NCBI GenBank assembly: GCA_964647615.1
Contig: CAZYIV010000008.1
Coordinates: forward strand, 910 to 64,909
Origin: an uncultured Gemmatimonadaceae bacterium
GTDB lineage: Bacteria; Gemmatimonadota; Gemmatimonadetes; Gemmatimonadales; GWC2-71-9
Direction of reading: 5' to 3'
Length of the DNA stretch: 64,000 nucleotides
The notes under the pieces are model-generated. The model had not been told where the DNA came from and did no database searches. It worked only from the letters and a program-made list of their open reading frames with translations. A program made the position numbers and the translations under genes. Shown one piece after another: positions 10,002 to 18,680 of this stretch. The stretch's first letter is position 1. Each line of letters starts with the position of its first letter.

Positions 10002-10724
10002 ATGACGCCCTCGCCCGTCCACTACATCCCGATCGCGACCACTGTCCTGGCCCTCGCCTTCGCGGTGGTGCTGTTCCGCCGCTACCAGGTGAAGGGCGGG
10101 CCGCACCTGCTCTGGTGGGGCATCGGGATGCTGACTTACGCGGCCGGCACCATCACCGAGTCGGCCACCACGCTCTTCGGCTGGCACGAGCCGGTGTTCC
10201 GGCTGTGGTACATCACCGGCGCGCTGCTCGGCGGCGCCCCCCTGGCGCAGGGCACGGTGTACCTGATGCTCTCCCGCAAGGCGGCCAACCGGCTCACGGT
10301 GGTGCTGGTGACGGCGATCGTGGTGGGGGCGGCGCTGGTGTGGGCCTCGCCCATCCGCCCGGAGCTGGTCGAGACCCACCGGCTCTCGGGCAAGGTGCTG
10401 GGCTGGCCCTGGGTCCGCCTGATCAGCCCCTTCATCAACACCTATGCGCTGGTCTTCCTGATGGGCGGGGCGATCGTCTCGGCAGTGCGCTACGCGCGGC
10501 GCACCGAGACCCGCCAGCGGGCGCTGGCCAACGTCTGCATCGCGGTGGGGGCGCTCCTGCCGGGGATCGGCGGGACCTTCACCCGGCTGGGGCACGTCGA
10601 GGTGCTCTACGTGACGGAGTTCCTCGGGCTGGTGCTGATCGCGATGGGCTACCGGCTGAGCATCACCTCGCCGGCGGCGGAGCGCAGCATCCACGCGGCC
10701 CAGCAGGCCGCGGCGACCGCCTGA
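10002..10724 (+). CDS. Conserved multi-pass (about 6-7 TM) membrane protein of unknown function
   Basis: 240 aa of alternating hydrophobic helices with GC-typical codon use. No motif recognised. Confidence 0.75.
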   Translation: MTPSPVHYIPIATTVLALAFAVVLFRRYQVKGGPHLLWWGIGMLTYAAGTITESATTLFGWHEPVFRLWYITGALLGGAPLAQGTVYLMLSRKAANRLTVVLVTAIVVGAALVWASPIRPELVETHRLSGKVLGWPWVRLISPFINTYALVFLMGGAIVSAVRYARRTETRQRALANVCIAVGALLPGIGGTFTRLGHVEVLYVTEFLGLVLIAMGYRLSITSPAAERSIHAAQQAAATA

Positions 10725-10734
10725 CCCGGGCGGG

Positions 10735-11412
10735 TCAGCCCATCAACCGGCGCCGCTCATCCTCGGTGAGCGGCGTCGCGCTTTCCGAGGTGAAGTAGAC
10801 CGGCACCTCGAAAGTGACCCCGAAGTCGATCCCCGGGACCACCGCCTTCGCCTCGAGGTCCCAGCGGACCACGTCGCTGGCGTGGCGATTGTCGGTGGGC
10901 GTGGCATCCTCCGGGATCGCGAACGCCACCGGGATCCGCACCCCCGCCCCCTCGCCCAGGGCCCCGGGAAGCTGGCGTTCCGCCTCCCACAGGACCGTGG
11001 TCGTGGTGCTCCGGCTCTTGCCCGAGCCGGTGGTGACCACCCGCACGCACTTGAGCCGGAGCCGGATGTCGGCCTCGGGCTCGAGGCCGCGCTCCACCCG
11101 GATCTCGCCGGCCAGCGCCCGCCCCACCACGCCGGGCCGGGTGGCCAGGACGAACACCGGCGAGCCGTAGCGCCGCCGCCGGAGCAGCACCCGCACCGTC
11201 AGCACCAGCAGCAGGAGGCCCACCAGCGGGAACAGCAGCACGAAGTACCGCCCCGCGCTGTCGTCCTGGAGGAAGACGATGGGGAACGCCACGCCCCAGC
11301 TGATGGCGTTCCACACCAGCGTGAGCCCCACCAGCACGCAGCCGGCGTTCTTGTTGTCCTCCTCGATCCGGCCGGAGGCCCACTTCTCCCCCGCCCACGG
11401 GTCACCCGTCAC
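10735..11412 (-). CDS. Hypothetical protein with two TM helices and an arrestin/Ig-like C-terminal region
   Basis: PW..EKWASGRI, two hydrophobic segments, then a beta-rich region (WDLEAKAVVPGIDFGVTFEVPV). The GTG start overlaps the sseA stop (GTGA). The fold assignment is inference. Confidence 0.65.
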   Translation of the reverse strand: MTGDPWAGEKWASGRIEEDNKNAGCVLVGLTLVWNAISWGVAFPIVFLQDDSAGRYFVLLFPLVGLLLLVLTVRVLLRRRRYGSPVFVLATRPGVVGRALAGEIRVERGLEPEADIRLRLKCVRVVTTGSGKSRSTTTTVLWEAERQLPGALGEGAGVRIPVAFAIPEDATPTDNRHASDVVRWDLEAKAVVPGIDFGVTFEVPVYFTSESATPLTEDERRRLMG

Positions 11413-12269
11413 CGGGCCGGCCCCGTGACCACCGGGCGGCCGCTGCCGGCCCACTCGGTCCACGACCCGTCGAACAGCGCCGCCGGCGCGGCGCCGAGCT
11501 GCTCCAGCGCCAGCAGCAGGCTGCAGGCGGAGGTACCCGAGCCGCAGCTCGCGATGACCGGCCGGGCCGGGTCAACGCCGGCCGCGAGGAGGCGCGCGCG
11601 CAGCGCCGCCGGCGGCAGCAGGGTTCCATCAGGGCCCACCAGGTCCGCATACGGCAGGTTGCGCGCGCCGGGCATGTGCCCGCTCGGGATGCCCTCGCGC
11701 GGCTCCGGGTCCCGACCCTCGAAGCGCCCCGCCGGCCGGCAGTCCACCACCTGCGCCGAGCCATCCGCCAGTGCGGCCGCCACCTCCGCGGCCGCGCGCA
11801 CCTGACCCCGGTCGAGCCGGGCCCCGAACCGCGCCGGCGCCACCACCGGCATCCCCGCCTCGAGCGGGCGGCCTTCCGCCTGCCAGCGGGGCAGCCCGCC
11901 ATCCAGCAGCGCCACGGCGGCGTGCCCATAGGCGCGGAACATCCACCACACCCGCGCCGCGCTCAGGTTGGTGCCGGAGCCGTCGTACACCACCACCGCG
12001 CTCGTGGCCCCCACGCCGAGTGCCCCGGCATAGGCGGCGAAGGCCGCCTCGGTCGGAAGCATGTGCGGCAGTGGCGTGTCGTGGTCGCTGGCGGCGTCGA
12101 GGTCGAAGAACCGTGCCCCGGGCAGGTGCCCGGCAGTGAACTCGGCTCGCGCGTCCCGGCCCGAGGTGGGCAGGTACCAGGAGGTGTCGAGGATCACCAG
12201 TGCCGGGTCGCCCAGGCGCCCGGCGAGCCAGGCAGTGCTGACCACGGCAGGAATTGAGAAGGGAGGCAT
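11409..12269 (-). CDS. sseA: 3-mercaptopyruvate/thiosulfate sulfurtransferase (tandem rhodanese)
   Basis: GHLPGARFFD, HMLP, ARVWWM, LDGGL, GHMPGA, active site CGSGTSAC and FDGSWTEW. Confidence 0.93.
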   Translation of the reverse strand: MPPFSIPAVVSTAWLAGRLGDPALVILDTSWYLPTSGRDARAEFTAGHLPGARFFDLDAASDHDTPLPHMLPTEAAFAAYAGALGVGATSAVVVYDGSGTNLSAARVWWMFRAYGHAAVALLDGGLPRWQAEGRPLEAGMPVVAPARFGARLDRGQVRAAAEVAAALADGSAQVVDCRPAGRFEGRDPEPREGIPSGHMPGARNLPYADLVGPDGTLLPPAALRARLLAAGVDPARPVIASCGSGTSACSLLLALEQLGAAPAALFDGSWTEWAGSGRPVVTGPAR

Positions 12270-12321
12270 GCTGGGGCCGTATCATAGCTGGAACCCGGAC
12301 CCCGAGCGAGAGGAGCCACCG

Positions 12322-12903
12322 ATGTCACCCCGGACCGCCCTGCTGGCCGCAGCCCTCGGCCTGAGCTTGCCGCTCGCCGCGCAGCAGCGGCACGTCGTGG
12401 TGAACCGCGTGGCGCTCACCGATGCCCAGGTCCGTGACATCGAGACCCGCTGGACGGTGCAGGTACGCGATGGACGCTACTGGTACGACCGCCTCTCCGG
12501 GGCGTGGGGGATGGACGGCGGGCCAACTGCGGGATGGATCCTGCCCGGCCTCGAGGTCGGTGGCCCCCTCCCCGCCGACGCCTCGGCCGGCAACACCGGC
12601 GTGTTCATCAACGGCCGCCAGCTGCCCGTGGCCGACGTGGCGGCGCTGATGCAGATCACCCCGGTCTACCGCGGCCGCTGGTGGGTGGACGGGCAGGGGA
12701 ACTTCGGCGCCGAGGGCGGCCCGGTGCTGGGCAACCTCATCGCGCTGGTGCGGCAGCGGACCGGCCGGGCGGGCGGCCCCTGGTCGGTGTACGCCAACAA
12801 GGGGAACGACTTCATCGCCGGCGACGGCAACGGGTGCACCTACTTCAACAGCCGGGACAACGGCACTGGCAGCAGCACCTCCTGGGCGTCGCCCGGCTGC
12901 TGA
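12322..12903 (+). CDS. Secreted hypothetical protein with internal two-fold repeat; resembles the plant XLG/EDR4 domain
   Basis: It reads on the + strand in the sequence (ATG 12322 after a GAGGAG RBS, TGA 12901-12903). Signal peptide MSPRTALLAAALGLSLPLAA. Motifs GRYWYD..SG.WG and GNTGVFINGR. Confidence 0.8.
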   Translation: MSPRTALLAAALGLSLPLAAQQRHVVVNRVALTDAQVRDIETRWTVQVRDGRYWYDRLSGAWGMDGGPTAGWILPGLEVGGPLPADASAGNTGVFINGRQLPVADVAALMQITPVYRGRWWVDGQGNFGAEGGPVLGNLIALVRQRTGRAGGPWSVYANKGNDFIAGDGNGCTYFNSRDNGTGSSTSWASPGC

Positions 12904-12925
12904 AGACTTCTCCCCCGTGCGCCAG

Positions 12926-12957
12926 GGGCCCTGCCACCCGACGGTGACAGGGCCCCT
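12926..12957. terminator. Hairpin between convergent genes
   Basis: GGGGCCCTG...CAGGGCCCC inverted repeat between the stops at 12903 and 12982. Coordinates are approximate. Confidence 0.45.
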
Positions 12958-12981
12958 CGTGCCACTGGCAACCCGCCGCCG

Positions 12982-14358
12982 CTAGTCCCGGCCCAGCCCC
13001 TCGGCCGCGGCCCGCCGGATCTCGGCGTCCCCGTCCTTGAGCGCCCGGACCAGGAAGGGCCTGGCCACCTCACCGTCGAGGCTGCCCAGCGCCTCCACGA
13101 CCGCCAGCCGGACCTGCTTGACCGGATCGTCCATCGCCGCGCCGAGGGCCTGGGCGGTGGCCCGGTCCCCGATCGAGCCGAGCGCCTCCGCCGCCATCGC
13201 CCGGACGTCCGGGTCCTTGTCCCGCAGTGCGTCGGTGAGCCCCGCCGGCGCGCGCTCCAGCTCATCGAGCGAACCGAGAGCCTCGATCGCCTGCACCCGG
13301 ACCCGCTGGTCGGGGTCCTTGAGCAGCCGGGCGAGCGGCCCCGCCGCGGCGGGATCCTCGAGGCTGCCCAACGCACCGGCCGCCGCGGCCCGTACCGCGG
13401 CCTCACTGTCACCCAGCGCGCGGATGAGGCCGGGCACCGCGCGTCGGTCCTCGATGCTGCCGAGGGCCTCCGCCGCCGCGACGCGCACGGCGGGCACCGG
13501 GTCGTTCAGCAGCGCCACCAGGGCCATCGTGGCGTCCGGGTCCTCGATGGAGCCCAGCGCACCGGCCGCCTCCTCCCGCACGCCGGCGTCGCGGTCGCGC
13601 AGCGCGCCGACCAGCGGCTGCGTCGCCTTCCGGTCCTCGATGCTGCCGAGCGCACTCGCCGCGGTGCGGCGGAGCAGCGGATCGGAGCCGCGGAGCAGGT
13701 CCACCAGCGTGCCCACCGCCCGGGCATCCTCGTATTCGCCGAGCGCCCACGCGGCGAGCCGCACCACGCCGCCGTCGCGGTCGTCGGCCGCGCGCAGCAC
13801 GTCGGCAAACGCCTCCGGCCATTCCCCGATCCCCAGTCCAAGCAGCGCGGCCTCACGCACCCGGACATCCGTGCTCTTGAGGGCACCGCGCAGCCCGCTC
13901 AGGGCCTCCGGCAACTGACTGCCGCCCAGCAGCTGCGCCGCCGCCCGGCGCGGACACGGCTCGGTGCCGGCGAGCGCCGCGAGCAACGGCGGGACGGCAT
14001 GCGGGTCGCGCAGCCGGCCCTGGAAGGCCAGGCGCCGATCGTCGGCGGCGGTGTTCTGGTCGCGGAGCGCGGAGTACTCCCTCCCGCCCCGCCACCAGCC
14101 ATTGCCCACCATGTCCACCGCGAGGGCGCAGACCGCCGGCTCCGTGGTACGGAGTGCGGCGAGCAGTCCCACCACCGCCGCCGAGTCCGGCCCGGGGCGA
14201 TCGTCGTCATGCATCAGGGCTCCCCGGAAGTGCATCGCCCGGGGGGGCCGCGGCGGGCGCGGGGCGGCCAGGACCGCCATCGGCGGGTGGGGCGCGCGCG
14301 GCGGCGCCGGCGTCACCACTGCCACCTGCAGCGCGGCGAGGGTCAGGGTAACGATCAT
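12982..14358 (-). CDS. HEAT-repeat protein, probably exported
   Basis: About 9 repeats of D.D..VR.AAA.ALG.IED..A...L and a hydrophobic N-terminus. ATGA overlap with the upstream M56 gene. Confidence 0.9.
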   Translation of the reverse strand: MIVTLTLAALQVAVVTPAPPRAPHPPMAVLAAPRPPRPPRAMHFRGALMHDDDRPGPDSAAVVGLLAALRTTEPAVCALAVDMVGNGWWRGGREYSALRDQNTAADDRRLAFQGRLRDPHAVPPLLAALAGTEPCPRRAAAQLLGGSQLPEALSGLRGALKSTDVRVREAALLGLGIGEWPEAFADVLRAADDRDGGVVRLAAWALGEYEDARAVGTLVDLLRGSDPLLRRTAASALGSIEDRKATQPLVGALRDRDAGVREEAAGALGSIEDPDATMALVALLNDPVPAVRVAAAEALGSIEDRRAVPGLIRALGDSEAAVRAAAAGALGSLEDPAAAGPLARLLKDPDQRVRVQAIEALGSLDELERAPAGLTDALRDKDPDVRAMAAEALGSIGDRATAQALGAAMDDPVKQVRLAVVEALGSLDGEVARPFLVRALKDGDAEIRRAAAEGLGRD

Positions 14359-16613
14359 TGCCAGTCCTCATCGCGCTGGCCCAGGGCCTCGGCCGCCTGC
14401 CGCCGGACCACCGGGTCGGTGGAGCGAAGCGCGCCCACCAGGGTCTCGAGCGCCGCCTGGTCGCGGATCTCGCCCAGGGCGGACACCGCCGACTCGCGCA
14501 CGTCCGCGTTGCTGTCACCGAGGAGCGCCTTCAGCGTAGCGACACCGGCGGGGTCACCGATCTCGCCCAGCGCGTTGGCCAGGGCCTGGCGCACATCGGC
14601 GCTCCGGTCGGTGCGGAGTTCGAGCAGGCGGGGCGGAATCTTCTTGAGGTGCATGCTCGCCACGCCCTCGATCGCGAGCTGCCGCATCTCGGCGGAGGAG
14701 TCGCCCAGCAGGCCCACGAAGGTGGACTCCAATTTCGGGTCGGGGGCGGCATTCTCGTCCCGATCGTTGGCCCGGGAGAGCGCCAGCGACAGGCCGGCCA
14801 GCCGGACCTCAGGATCGGCGTCGGCAATCGCCGCGTAGATCGCCTCCGGGGGCACGCCCCCCTCGAAGTTGGAGAGCGCGCCGAGCGCCTGGCGCCGCAC
14901 CTCGGGCGACTTGTCCTTCAGGAGGCCCACGAGGCCCGGCACCGCGCGGCGGTCCTCCAGCTCACCCAGCGCCTCCGCCGCCGAGGCCCGCACCTCGGTG
15001 TCGGTGTCGCCGAGCGCGGTGATCAGCGCCGGCACGGCCCGCACGTCCGAGAGGTTGGCGAGACTCGCCGCGGCGGCCCGGCGCACCTCCACCACCGGGT
15101 CCTTGAGCGCCGCGATCAGCGCCGGCACCGCGATGTTGGTGGTGTCCCGGCGCCGCTCCGGCCGGGGCCAGTCGCGCGCCCGCCAGGCATCCAGCCGGGC
15201 CGCCACCGCGGCCATGCCCGGCGGCGGTGTCGGGGCCCGCGGGGCCTCCGGCGCGCGCGGAGCCACCACCGCGATATCCGGCATCGGTGCAATGGCCGGC
15301 ATCGGGGCGCGCGGCGGCCGGGGTGGGCGCATCCGGGCAAGGGCCCGCTCGGCGTCGAGCTGGGCGCGGACGCTGCTGCTCCGCATCCGGCTGAGCAGGC
15401 GCCGATAGGCGGAGGTCATCGGACTCCGTGCCTCCACCATCACCGTGTCCTGCCGTTCGGCGGCCACGCTGTCGGGCCGCACCGGCTGCTGCGCCTCGGC
15501 GGTCACGGTGGGAACAGCGAGGGCGGTCACGCCGAGCAGCAGCAGCGCGCCCCCGGCGAGCCAGATCGAGCGGGGCGAAGCGGACATCGTACGACCCTCC
15601 AGGAGGCGGTGAATGCGGGTGACGAGCTGCGAGCGGCGCTCGGCCATGCCGGCAAGCGGCAGCGGCTGCGGCGCGGCGGTGACCCATTCCGCCACCTTGA
15701 GCAGGCAGGTCGCGAGGGACATCCCCGAGCCGGTGCGATGCACCGCCCAGTCGTCGCAGAGATATTCGGCCGCTTCCTGCAGCCGGATGCGGGCCAGCCG
15801 GTTGAGCGGCTGGAAGAAGAAGGCGCGCTCCATCACGCAGCCGAGCGCCAGCCACAGCGGGTCAAGCCGGACCAGGTGCGCCAGCTCGTGCGCCAGCAGG
15901 CCGCGCTGCTGCGCCGGATCCAGCTCGGTGAGCGCCGCGTCCGGCAGCGCAATCTCCCGCCAGCCCAGCGCCACAGGGCTGGCGAGCCCCGGCGCCCGGG
16001 TCAGTCGGATGGGGCGCCGCACCCCGGCGTCGGCGCGGAGGCCGTCGAGCATGGCGAGCAGCGCGGGGTCGGTGACCGGCACCCGCGGCCCCATGCCGCG
16101 GAATGTGTGGAACCGCTGCCCGGCGTAGGCCAGGAGCAGCGCCCCGCCGATGACGCCCCACCCGATCAGCGCGAGCGCCATCCCGGACAGCGGCGCGCGC
16201 GCCGGGGCCGGTGGCTCCGGCGTGGTCGCCTCGAGCCCGGAGACCGGCGCCGATGGAGGCACCGACCTGGCCGGCTCCGCTGCGACAGCGGCGAGCCTCC
16301 GGCTCGCCTCGAGCGCCGGGACCAGTCCCCGCCACGACTCGGCCCCGCCATCCGGGGCCGTGACCGCCGCGTCGGAGGCAGGTGTCGAGCGGGCCAGCGA
16401 GACCACGCCGCCCATCGGTTCGAGGTCGAGCACCGCCTGGGCGCTGGCGGTGATGAGGCCCCCGACCAGCGCGGCCTTCCACAGCCATTCCCGACGCGGC
16501 GCCGTCTCGGGCCGCCACCGGGTGAGCACCCAGGCGAGCCCCAGCAGCAGCGTGCTGTGGAGGGTGTAGGTCAGCAGCCAGCTGCCGGCGAGAAGTTCGA
16601 GGTCAGTCCGCAT
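14355..16613 (-). CDS. BlaR1-like M56 metallopeptidase with C-terminal HEAT repeats
   Basis: LAHELAHL zinc motif, FFQPL, AEYLCDD, TM helices, then HEAT repeats. Start at the ATG of MRTDLELL. Confidence 0.92.
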   Translation of the reverse strand: MRTDLELLAGSWLLTYTLHSTLLLGLAWVLTRWRPETAPRREWLWKAALVGGLITASAQAVLDLEPMGGVVSLARSTPASDAAVTAPDGGAESWRGLVPALEASRRLAAVAAEPARSVPPSAPVSGLEATTPEPPAPARAPLSGMALALIGWGVIGGALLLAYAGQRFHTFRGMGPRVPVTDPALLAMLDGLRADAGVRRPIRLTRAPGLASPVALGWREIALPDAALTELDPAQQRGLLAHELAHLVRLDPLWLALGCVMERAFFFQPLNRLARIRLQEAAEYLCDDWAVHRTGSGMSLATCLLKVAEWVTAAPQPLPLAGMAERRSQLVTRIHRLLEGRTMSASPRSIWLAGGALLLLGVTALAVPTVTAEAQQPVRPDSVAAERQDTVMVEARSPMTSAYRRLLSRMRSSSVRAQLDAERALARMRPPRPPRAPMPAIAPMPDIAVVAPRAPEAPRAPTPPPGMAAVAARLDAWRARDWPRPERRRDTTNIAVPALIAALKDPVVEVRRAAAASLANLSDVRAVPALITALGDTDTEVRASAAEALGELEDRRAVPGLVGLLKDKSPEVRRQALGALSNFEGGVPPEAIYAAIADADPEVRLAGLSLALSRANDRDENAAPDPKLESTFVGLLGDSSAEMRQLAIEGVASMHLKKIPPRLLELRTDRSADVRQALANALGEIGDPAGVATLKALLGDSNADVRESAVSALGEIRDQAALETLVGALRSTDPVVRRQAAEALGQRDEDWQ

Positions 16614-17004
16614 GGTTGGTCCTCCGCCGGGCCTGCTCGGCCCGTTCGACGATCGCCCGCAGCTGGGCGAGGTCACCGGGAGAGACTTCCTCGGTGCTCA
16701 CGAGGTGGGACATCAGGGCGGTCACGTCGCCGCCGAACAGCTGCTCGGTCAGCTCGCTCACCATCGAGTGGCGGACGTCCGCCTCGGTGACCAGGGCCTG
16801 GTACACGTACTGGCGGCTCCGGGTCTCATGGCGGACGACGCCGCGCTTCTCCAGCCGGGAGAGCAGCGTCGCCACCGTGGTGAGGGCCAGCCCGCGCTCG
16901 TCGCGCAGCGCCTCGCAGATCTCGGCCACGGTGGCCTGGCCCCGCTCCCATAACACCCGGAGGAGGGCGATCTGGAGCTCGGTCAATTGATGGATGTCGG
17001 ACAC
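16603..17004 (-). CDS. BlaI/MecI/CopY family repressor
   Basis: LTELQIALLRVLW..GQATV, TTVATLLSRLEKRG and Y.Y.ALVTE. GTG start with a GAGGGAG RBS. Confidence 0.95.
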   Translation of the reverse strand: MSDIHQLTELQIALLRVLWERGQATVAEICEALRDERGLALTTVATLLSRLEKRGVVRHETRSRQYVYQALVTEADVRHSMVSELTEQLFGGDVTALMSHLVSTEEVSPGDLAQLRAIVERAEQARRRTNHAD

Positions 17005-17064
17005 GGCACTCCCTCGGTCCGGGACAGCCAGCCCCCGTCGGGGGGGCCGGCGCGATCGGTTTAA

Positions 17065-17092
17065 ACTACACCTGTAATATTACGCTTGTAGT
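17065..17092. promoter_or_regulatory. Tandem BlaI/CopY-type operator (ACTACA-CC-TGTAAT / ATTACG-CT-TGTAGT)
   Basis: Two adjacent TACA-NN-TGTA boxes (the second with one mismatch) about 60 nt upstream of the repressor start. TACA-NN-TGTA is the established BlaI/MecI/CopY core. Confidence 0.85.
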
Positions 17093-17214
17093 GGTTTGGT
17101 CAAGACGGGACCTGCCGGACCGGGGTTTCAGGGGGCACCGGGGGGGCCGTGGCCGGGCGATTCGTGAAGGGTCTGCGGCGTGGACGCTCGGTCTTGCCGG
17201 ATGGATATTCCGGC

Positions 17215-17694
17215 ATGGCCAACTCACTCGAATCCCCCGGCGCCCGGCTCGCCGCACTCTGGGCCCGGCTCTCCCCGCTCCCCGGCGGCCAGTGGCTGTT
17301 CAGCCGCGTCCTCGGCTGGCTGGTGCCCTACACCGGTTCGATGGGCGCGACCGTGCGGGTGCTGGAGCCGGGCCATGCCCGGGTCGAGCTCCGCGACCAC
17401 CGGTCGGTGCGCAACCATCTCCGCTCGGTCCACGCGGTGGCGCTGGTGAACCTGGCCGAGGTCACCAGCGGCCTGGCGATGCTGGTGGGGCTGCCGCCGG
17501 GGGTGCGCGGCATCGTGGTGGAGCTCACGGTGGAGTACCTCAAGAAGGCCCGCGGCACGCTGGTGGGGGAATCACGGGTGACCATTCCGGTCGTCACCGA
17601 GCCGACCGAGTACCTGGTCACCGCGGACATCACCGACACCGCCGGCGAGGTGGTGGCGCGGGGCCGGATCCGCTGGAAGCTCGCGCCGGTATGA
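17215..17694 (+). CDS. Hotdog-fold thioesterase (PaaI/DUF4442-like)
   Basis: PYTGSM, NHLRSVHAVAL.NLAE and YLKKARG motifs. Confidence 0.85.
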   Translation: MANSLESPGARLAALWARLSPLPGGQWLFSRVLGWLVPYTGSMGATVRVLEPGHARVELRDHRSVRNHLRSVHAVALVNLAEVTSGLAMLVGLPPGVRGIVVELTVEYLKKARGTLVGESRVTIPVVTEPTEYLVTADITDTAGEVVARGRIRWKLAPV

Positions 17695-18671
17695 GCACCC
17701 CGCTCGAGACGCCCCTCACCCGGCATGCGGGGATCGAGTTGCCGGTGATCTGTGGCGCGATGTACCCGTGCAGCAATCCGGAGCTGGTGGCGGCCGTCTC
17801 GGAAGCCGGCGGGATCGGGATCATCCAGCCGATCTCCCTGACCTACGTCCACGGGCACGACTTCCGCGAGGGGATCCGGCTGATGCGCCGGCTCACCACG
17901 AAGCCGATCGGCATGAACGCGCTGATCGAGCAGTCCTCGCGCGCCTACCACGAGCGCATGACCCGCTGGATCGACATCGCGCTGGAGGAGGGGGTGCGGT
18001 TCTTCATCACCTCGCTCGGCAACCCGCGCTGGGTGGTGGACCGGGTCGCCTCGGTCGGCGGGATCGTCTATCACGATGTCACCGAGCGGAAGTGGGCGGA
18101 GAAGGGGCTGGCGGGCGGGGTGCACGGGCTCATCGCGGTGAACCGCCGGGCCGGCGGCCACGCCGGGAGCCGGAGCCAGGAGGAGCTGCTCACCGACCTG
18201 GGCGATCTCGGGGTGCCGGTGGTGTGCGCCGGCGGGATCGGCGATGCGGCGGGATTCGTGGCGGCGCTGCGGCAGGGCTACGCGGGGGTGCAACTCGGCA
18301 CCCGGTTCATCGCCACCACCGAATGCCGGGCCAGCGAGGCCTACAAGCGGGCGATCGTCGCCGCGGGCGAGGCGGACATCGTCCACAGCGAGCGGATCAC
18401 CGGCGTGCCGGTCGCCGTGATCCGGACGCCCTACATCGACCGCATGGGGCTCAAGGCTGGGCCGGCCGCCCGGTGGATGCTGCGCCACCGGCGGACCAAG
18501 CACCTGATGCGGACCATCTATGCCCTGCGCTCGCTGTGGCAGCTCAAGCGGGCCTCGCTGGACGAGCGGGGCGACAAGGACTACTGGCAGGCGGGGAAGA
18601 GCGTGGCCGCCATCCAGCGGGTGGAGCCGGTGGCGGAGATCCTGGGGCGCTTCGCCGCAGCGGCGCGCTAG
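17691..18671 (+). CDS. Nitronate monooxygenase / FabK-like flavoprotein
   Basis: ICGAM, AVSEAGGIG, AGGHAG, AGGIGD, GVQLGTRFIAT.E and AGKSV. ATGA overlap with the thioesterase. Confidence 0.88.
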   Translation: MSTPLETPLTRHAGIELPVICGAMYPCSNPELVAAVSEAGGIGIIQPISLTYVHGHDFREGIRLMRRLTTKPIGMNALIEQSSRAYHERMTRWIDIALEEGVRFFITSLGNPRWVVDRVASVGGIVYHDVTERKWAEKGLAGGVHGLIAVNRRAGGHAGSRSQEELLTDLGDLGVPVVCAGGIGDAAGFVAALRQGYAGVQLGTRFIATTECRASEAYKRAIVAAGEADIVHSERITGVPVAVIRTPYIDRMGLKAGPAARWMLRHRRTKHLMRTIYALRSLWQLKRASLDERGDKDYWQAGKSVAAIQRVEPVAEILGRFAAAAR

Positions 18672-18680
18672 CGCCTCGCG

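Noticed and set aside
7790-10003. Long antisense ORFs (also 14358..16790, 20064..22289, 22868..25387, 53544..57080, 56683..60057)
   Set aside because: They mirror well-supported genes on the other strand, are Arg/Gly/Pro-rich and have no motifs, as expected from stop-codon scarcity at high GC.
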